Made by a program: the position numbers and the translations under genes
From: Patescibacteria group bacterium UBA2105
GTDB lineage: Bacteria > Patescibacteriota > Minisyncoccia > Phycocordibacterales > UBA2100
Direction of reading: 5' to 3'
Assembly (NCBI GenBank): GCA_002331495.1
Contig: DCYR01000003.1
Coordinates: 19,727-76,361 of the forward strand
Length of the DNA: 56,635 bases
Shown here: positions 53,078 through 56,635 of the stretch, in pieces
Layout: every line of letters begins with the position of its first letter
Position numbering within the stretch: the stretch's first letter is position 1
Notes under the pieces: generated by a model
Told to the model about the DNA's origin: nothing
What the model saw: the letters and a program-made list of their open reading frames with translations, nothing else
Database searches by the model: none

Positions 53078-53250
53078 CCTACTACGTTCAGAGATTGCTT
53101 CGGCTACCAACCGAAGTCGAGACACCTCGAGCCCTTGGCCTAATCTGAAGAAACGAGTGCCCAACTTTGGGAAGCTAGGTGGGACCGCGGTCAAAGATCG
53201 TCCTAGTAAATCCACGAAGTGATTCGTGTGTTTACTAGGGCGTTTTTTAA
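53078..53250 (+). promoter_or_regulatory. T-box riboswitch leader (Thr, ACC specifier) with a terminator/antiterminator switch
   Basis: AGAGA lies near 53092, and ACC followed by A lies at 53106-53109. The T-box sequence is AGGTGGGACCGCGG (53177-53190). The antiterminator can be drawn as CTAGG / 7-nt bulge TGGGACC / GCGGTC-AAA-GATCGT / CCTAG. The competing terminator is CGTCCTAGTAAA...TTTACTAGGGCG followed by TTTTTT (53199-53248). Confidence 0.75.
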
Positions 53251-53272
53251 TTACTTTTATAAGTATCAAAGT

Positions 53273-54496
53273 ATGGAAGAGAGAGATCACAAGAAGTTAA
53301 GTAAGCAACTCGACCTGTTTACTTTTTCAGATACGGTAGGGAAAGGCCTTCCTCTTTTCACTCAAAAAGGTGCCGCAATGCGTCGCGTACTTGAGCGATT
53401 CATTCAAGATGAAGAAATTCGTCGTGGATATCAACACGTGCACACTCCCGATATAGCAAAGCTTGATTTGTATGAGAAGTCTGGGCATTACCCACACTAC
53501 AAGGACTCTATGTACGCACCTACCACCATCGATGACGAGCAATTCATGCTTCGTCCGATGACCTGCCCGCACCACTTCGAACTCTACCTTTCTCGACCTC
53601 ATAGCTACCGCGAACTCCCTATACGCATGGCGGAACTGGCACGACTATACCGGTATGAGCAATCGGGGGAGTTGATGGGATTACAGCGTGTCCGAACCTT
53701 CACGCTCGCTGACGCACACATTATCTGTAAGGACGAAGAACAAGCAATTGACGAAATTGGAGATGCTTTGGATCTCATTGAGTACGTCGCGGGAGTCTTC
53801 GGTCTTGAGATGGGCAAAGACTACTGGTACCGACTCTCGCTTGGTGACCGCAAAAACACGGAGAAGTATTACGACAACCCCGAAGCATGGGACAAGAGCG
53901 AAGACCTTATGCGCAAGCTTATGCAGAAGCGCGGCTCAGAATTCGTCGAAGCAGAAGACGAAGCCGCCTTTTACGGCCCAAAAATCGATGTGCAGATGAA
54001 AAATGCAAACGGAAAAGAAGACACTGCATTCACCGTACAATATGACTTCTGCATGCCAGACCGTTTCGACATTACTTATACTGCAGAAGATGGCTCACAA
54101 AAGCGTGCGTTCGTGGTGCACCGCTCATCGATTGGTGCAATCGAACGTATCATGGCGTTCCTTATTGAACACTACGCCGGTAACTTTCCGGTGTGGCTTG
54201 CTCCCGAACAAGTACGTGTTCTCTCAGTTTCGGAAAGGCACAACGACTACGCAAAAGAGATATACCAGGCGCTCAAGAATGCAGATATTCGAGCAGAGCT
54301 AGATATATCTGACGAATCCTTAGGAAAACGAATACGAAACGCCAAGTTAGACAAAGTCCCATACTTCGTAGTCCTTGGAGACCAGGAAGTTGGCGGCAAG
54401 ACCGTTACGGTAGAGAGTCGCGACGGAGAAAAGGTCGGCTCTATGTCTGCCGAAGAATTTATAGAGAGAATTCGTAGCGAAAGTTCGCATGCATAA
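53273..54496 (+). CDS. thrS: Threonine--tRNA ligase, catalytic + anticodon-binding domains only (no TGS or editing domain)
   Basis: It starts at MEERDHKKLSKQLDLF, the usual beginning of the catalytic core. It has FMLRPMTCPHH, RYEQSGEL.GLQRVRTF and HRSSIGAIER. It is 407 aa, against a typical bacterial length that I recall as around 640 aa. Confidence 0.9.
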   Translation: MEERDHKKLSKQLDLFTFSDTVGKGLPLFTQKGAAMRRVLERFIQDEEIRRGYQHVHTPDIAKLDLYEKSGHYPHYKDSMYAPTTIDDEQFMLRPMTCPHHFELYLSRPHSYRELPIRMAELARLYRYEQSGELMGLQRVRTFTLADAHIICKDEEQAIDEIGDALDLIEYVAGVFGLEMGKDYWYRLSLGDRKNTEKYYDNPEAWDKSEDLMRKLMQKRGSEFVEAEDEAAFYGPKIDVQMKNANGKEDTAFTVQYDFCMPDRFDITYTAEDGSQKRAFVVHRSSIGAIERIMAFLIEHYAGNFPVWLAPEQVRVLSVSERHNDYAKEIYQALKNADIRAELDISDESLGKRIRNAKLDKVPYFVVLGDQEVGGKTVTVESRDGEKVGSMSAEEFIERIRSESSHA

Positions 54497-54527
54497 CAAA
54501 AATCCCGCCTCTTCGGCGGAATTTTTG
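54497..54527 (+). terminator. Intrinsic terminator after thrS
   Basis: AAAAATCCCGCC-TCTTC-GGCGGAATTTTT is followed by GTTTT. Confidence 0.6.
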
Positions 54528-54529
54528 TT

Positions 54530-55024
54530 TTACAGTGGCCACGGAGCGTAGTAATTCGTGTAATAGTTCCATTCGGCAGTCGCTCGGGCAAAGTCATCAT
54601 TGAATTGACGGGTTGTCATGGCATACTCCTGTGCGGGCGTGTAGGGATAGAGAAGATCGTTTGAGCGACGTGGTCGTGTTAGGTATGTATATACCGTAGG
54701 GTATGTGTACGTATTATACGTCGGGTACGTGTAACTTGCCTGTGCGTATCCCGGTTCGTACTCCTGGTAGGTATATATCGGGTATGCATACGTTGACGGT
54801 TGTTCGTAGTAAAACTCCGAGCCAAACCCATCAAGGTACATACTTCCGTCGTATATATCTCCATAGCTGTATGGATCTCCACAGAATACTTCCGCACACC
54901 ATGAAACACCTGCATTGTTATAATAAGAAGAAGCTATTGCATGTGTAGGAATCGCAGCGATCGCAAATGTGACGAAAGCACACGTTGCCATAAAGACCGA
55001 AATTCCTTTCTTACGAAACGTCAT
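54530..55024 (-). CDS. Secreted Tyr-rich low-complexity protein (164 aa)
   Basis: It has a signal-like N-terminus, MTFRKKGISVFMATCAFVTFAIAAIPTHA. YTYPTYNTYTYPTVYTY-type repeats follow. Confidence 0.6.
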   Translation of the reverse strand: MTFRKKGISVFMATCAFVTFAIAAIPTHAIASSYYNNAGVSWCAEVFCGDPYSYGDIYDGSMYLDGFGSEFYYEQPSTYAYPIYTYQEYEPGYAQASYTYPTYNTYTYPTVYTYLTRPRRSNDLLYPYTPAQEYAMTTRQFNDDFARATAEWNYYTNYYAPWPL

Positions 55025-55033
55025 ATAGAGTGT

Positions 55034-55062
55034 ATATTATCATATATATTTACATATGTCAA
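55034..55062 (-). promoter_or_regulatory. Promoter placed for a near-leaderless transcript
   Basis: The minus strand reads TTGACA, a 17-nt spacer, then TAATAT. The -10 box ends 9 nt before the ATG at 55024. Confidence 0.55.
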
Positions 55063-55100
55063 TACTTGTACCATAATAGACTTCCCTCCTCTCCATAATC

Positions 55101-55128
55101 AAAAAACGCCCATTTATAGGCGTTTTTT
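55101..55128 (-). terminator. Intrinsic terminator (symmetric, so potentially bidirectional)
   Basis: The sequence is AAAAAACGCC-CATTTATA-GGCGTTTTTT. Confidence 0.75.
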
Positions 55129-55156
55129 GTGAGCTTTCGAAATATTCTATCCGTTG

Positions 55157-55606
55157 TTAATAACACCACTGCTGCCCATTTGACCATCCGCAGCCTGAAT
55201 TATTGTAGTCGTAGTTCCATCCAGGGTTCCAATACCAGTCGTTATAATACGGATATGATGATACATAGTCATAGTAATACTCCTGCGGATAATTGTATGA
55301 ATAATAATCGTAGTATTGGTACTGATATGGCGGGTAGTAGTACGCGGTATCTGTGTAATATCTATTATCGTACGGGTACCGATTGTAATGCCAGTATGTA
55401 TTTTGGTTTTGGTACTGATACTGTTGGTACTGATTGTAGTACTGATAGTTATAATCGTAATACATACTATTCTGGCCGTAATATGCGGAGTGGCCAACAG
55501 ACGAATAAGCCTGCGCTATTCCTGGCATAGCAAGCGCAGCTAACACCACCAAAAGGGCCGTTGCTGCCAGTACTACTTCGGTTGCGATTGTGCTTGTTTT
55601 GCTCAT
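55157..55606 (-). CDS. Secreted, extremely Tyr/Asn/Gln-rich protein (149 aa)
   Basis: Signal-like VVLAATALLVVLAALAMPGIAQA is followed by YYDYNYQYYNQYQQYQYQNQ...YYYDYVSSYPYYNDWYW. It has a terminal C..W..GQQWC. Confidence 0.6.
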   Translation of the reverse strand: MSKTSTIATEVVLAATALLVVLAALAMPGIAQAYSSVGHSAYYGQNSMYYDYNYQYYNQYQQYQYQNQNTYWHYNRYPYDNRYYTDTAYYYPPYQYQYYDYYSYNYPQEYYYDYVSSYPYYNDWYWNPGWNYDYNNSGCGWSNGQQWCY

Positions 55607-55753
55607 ATGCTCTTCATAATGCTCCTTTCCTGCTCACCTTGTCAATCAAGTAGCAACATTAGACCACATTGCAAAAACCCGACCACTTAGTGCGTGAAGG
55701 GGGTCGGGTTTTGCGTTCTCAGCAAACTTTGTTGGTTTGCAAAGAAAGGGGGT

Positions 55754-56635
55754 TTACTTAGCAATAAATGAAAGCCTTGGCCCGTCCTCTCCTTCTTCTA
55801 GCGAGAGCGTATGGGCTAACTGGGTTTCTGCTTTTGTTTCGGCTTCGTCTGACGGGTCATGTGCGTACGTAGTCTCGTCGTTTGTCTCCTGTATCTCTTC
55901 GTGAAGGGAGGTTGGCTTCAAGTGTCCAAACGCAAATGCTGGAGTGAGACCGGCGAGTGCTCCAAGAATCTGCCCCTTGTAGAGAAAGAGTCCTGCTCCA
56001 CTACCAAGAGCTACTGCAACCAAGCCAAGTACGTATGCGATGTCGTCCGTACCTGTGTACGGCAAGCTACTGATATTTAGATACTCATATGCTCCGGTTG
56101 CACCACTTTGGGCGACTGTTATGTTTGGCCGCGGTGTAGATGTAATGATGGGTCGAACCGTAGGCACTGGCGTTGGATATGCATACCTGACTACAGTTGA
56201 CTGCTGCCCTCCTCGTACTACCACAGGCTGCGGCTTGGCAACCTTTACAGGTACAGGAAGCGCAACCACCTGCTGCTGGATATTAGCCACCTGCGTTTGA
56301 ATATTGCGGACTTGTTCGGTAATGCGGTTTATCTCACTGACACGATTAATGTTCTGGATGTTGCGGACATTTTGAATGTTCGAGCGATTCGCTACGTTAG
56401 ACACATTTTGACGTGCAGTTGCAATACTGCGGATTGGCGTGGTTGCTGGATGCACGTATCCACCCGGCGAATAGTACCCTCGCGATGGAGTCACGTATCC
56501 AGCGATACCTCCCTCGGGAGTCACATATCCCGCTATTCCACCTTCTTCAGGGGTGACATATCCGGCGATTCCCCCACCAAGGTCCCAGTTTGAACCTGTG
56601 TCCCAGTTTGTACCAAGATCCCAGTCACTTCCGGT
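55754..56635 (-). CDS. Repeat-rich surface protein with LPYTG + TM segment and an acidic C-terminal tail; N-terminus lies beyond the window
   Basis: The frame is open to the window edge (TGSDWDLGTNWDTGSNWDLGG). It carries GGIAGYVTP three times and NIQNV/NIQNI-type repeats. LPYTGTDDIAYVLGLVAVALGSGAGLFLY is followed by about 80 acidic residues. Confidence 0.6.
   Translation of the reverse strand, partial: TGSDWDLGTNWDTGSNWDLGGGIAGYVTPEEGGIAGYVTPEGGIAGYVTPSRGYYSPGGYVHPATTPIRSIATARQNVSNVANRSNIQNVRNIQNINRVSEINRITEQVRNIQTQVANIQQQVVALPVPVKVAKPQPVVVRGGQQSTVVRYAYPTPVPTVRPIITSTPRPNITVAQSGATGAYEYLNISSLPYTGTDDIAYVLGLVAVALGSGAGLFLYKGQILGALAGLTPAFAFGHLKPTSLHEEIQETNDETTYAHDPSDEAETKAETQLAHTLSLEEGEDGPRLSFIAK

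Overview
The window is a gene-dense bacterial chromosome segment. The core is housekeeping: dnaG-rpoD, rpoB-rpoC, rpsP-KH-trmD, nusB-rnc-smc, rpmF, rnhB, dnaE, thrS, hisS, rnr, ung, uppP and pyrB. Several features suggest a small-genome, Patescibacteria/CPR-like or Gram-positive-like organism, but this is inference only. These are a 717-aa hinge-less SMC, a ThrRS without its N-terminal domains, a NusB-Nudix fusion, charged tails on S16, L32 and sigma-70, and many -10 boxes only 6-10 nt from start codons. The left 8.5 kb looks like an integrated mobile element. It opens with a tRNA-like 3' end read antisense by a large serine recombinase ORF that is not in the supplied track because it has no stop in the window. 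It then carries a phased 11-bp iteron-like array, a small wHTH/phage-like operon, and an AT-rich cassette. That cassette is a small ORF, an SF2 helicase and a ParB/Srx-domain protein, converging on an XRE-HTH plus Dam-type methyltransferase pair. It is my best candidate for an undescribed, methylation-linked defence-like system. A CsoR-controlled copper operon follows. Other notable items are listed below.
- A family of perfect GTTAAC-centred palindromes, with 22- and 39-nt exact direct repeats, brackets three accessory genes between rpoB and trmD.
- A T-box leader with an ACC specifier precedes the truncated thrS.
- Long inverted repeats sit in two divergent promoter regions.
- A SnoaL-like gene is interrupted by stop codons.
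- Two GC-rich, foreign-looking genes are present.
- A cluster encodes extremely Tyr-rich secreted proteins next to an LPYTG surface protein.
No rRNA gene, CRISPR array or complete tRNA was seen. All calls come from reading motifs by eye. No searches were run.
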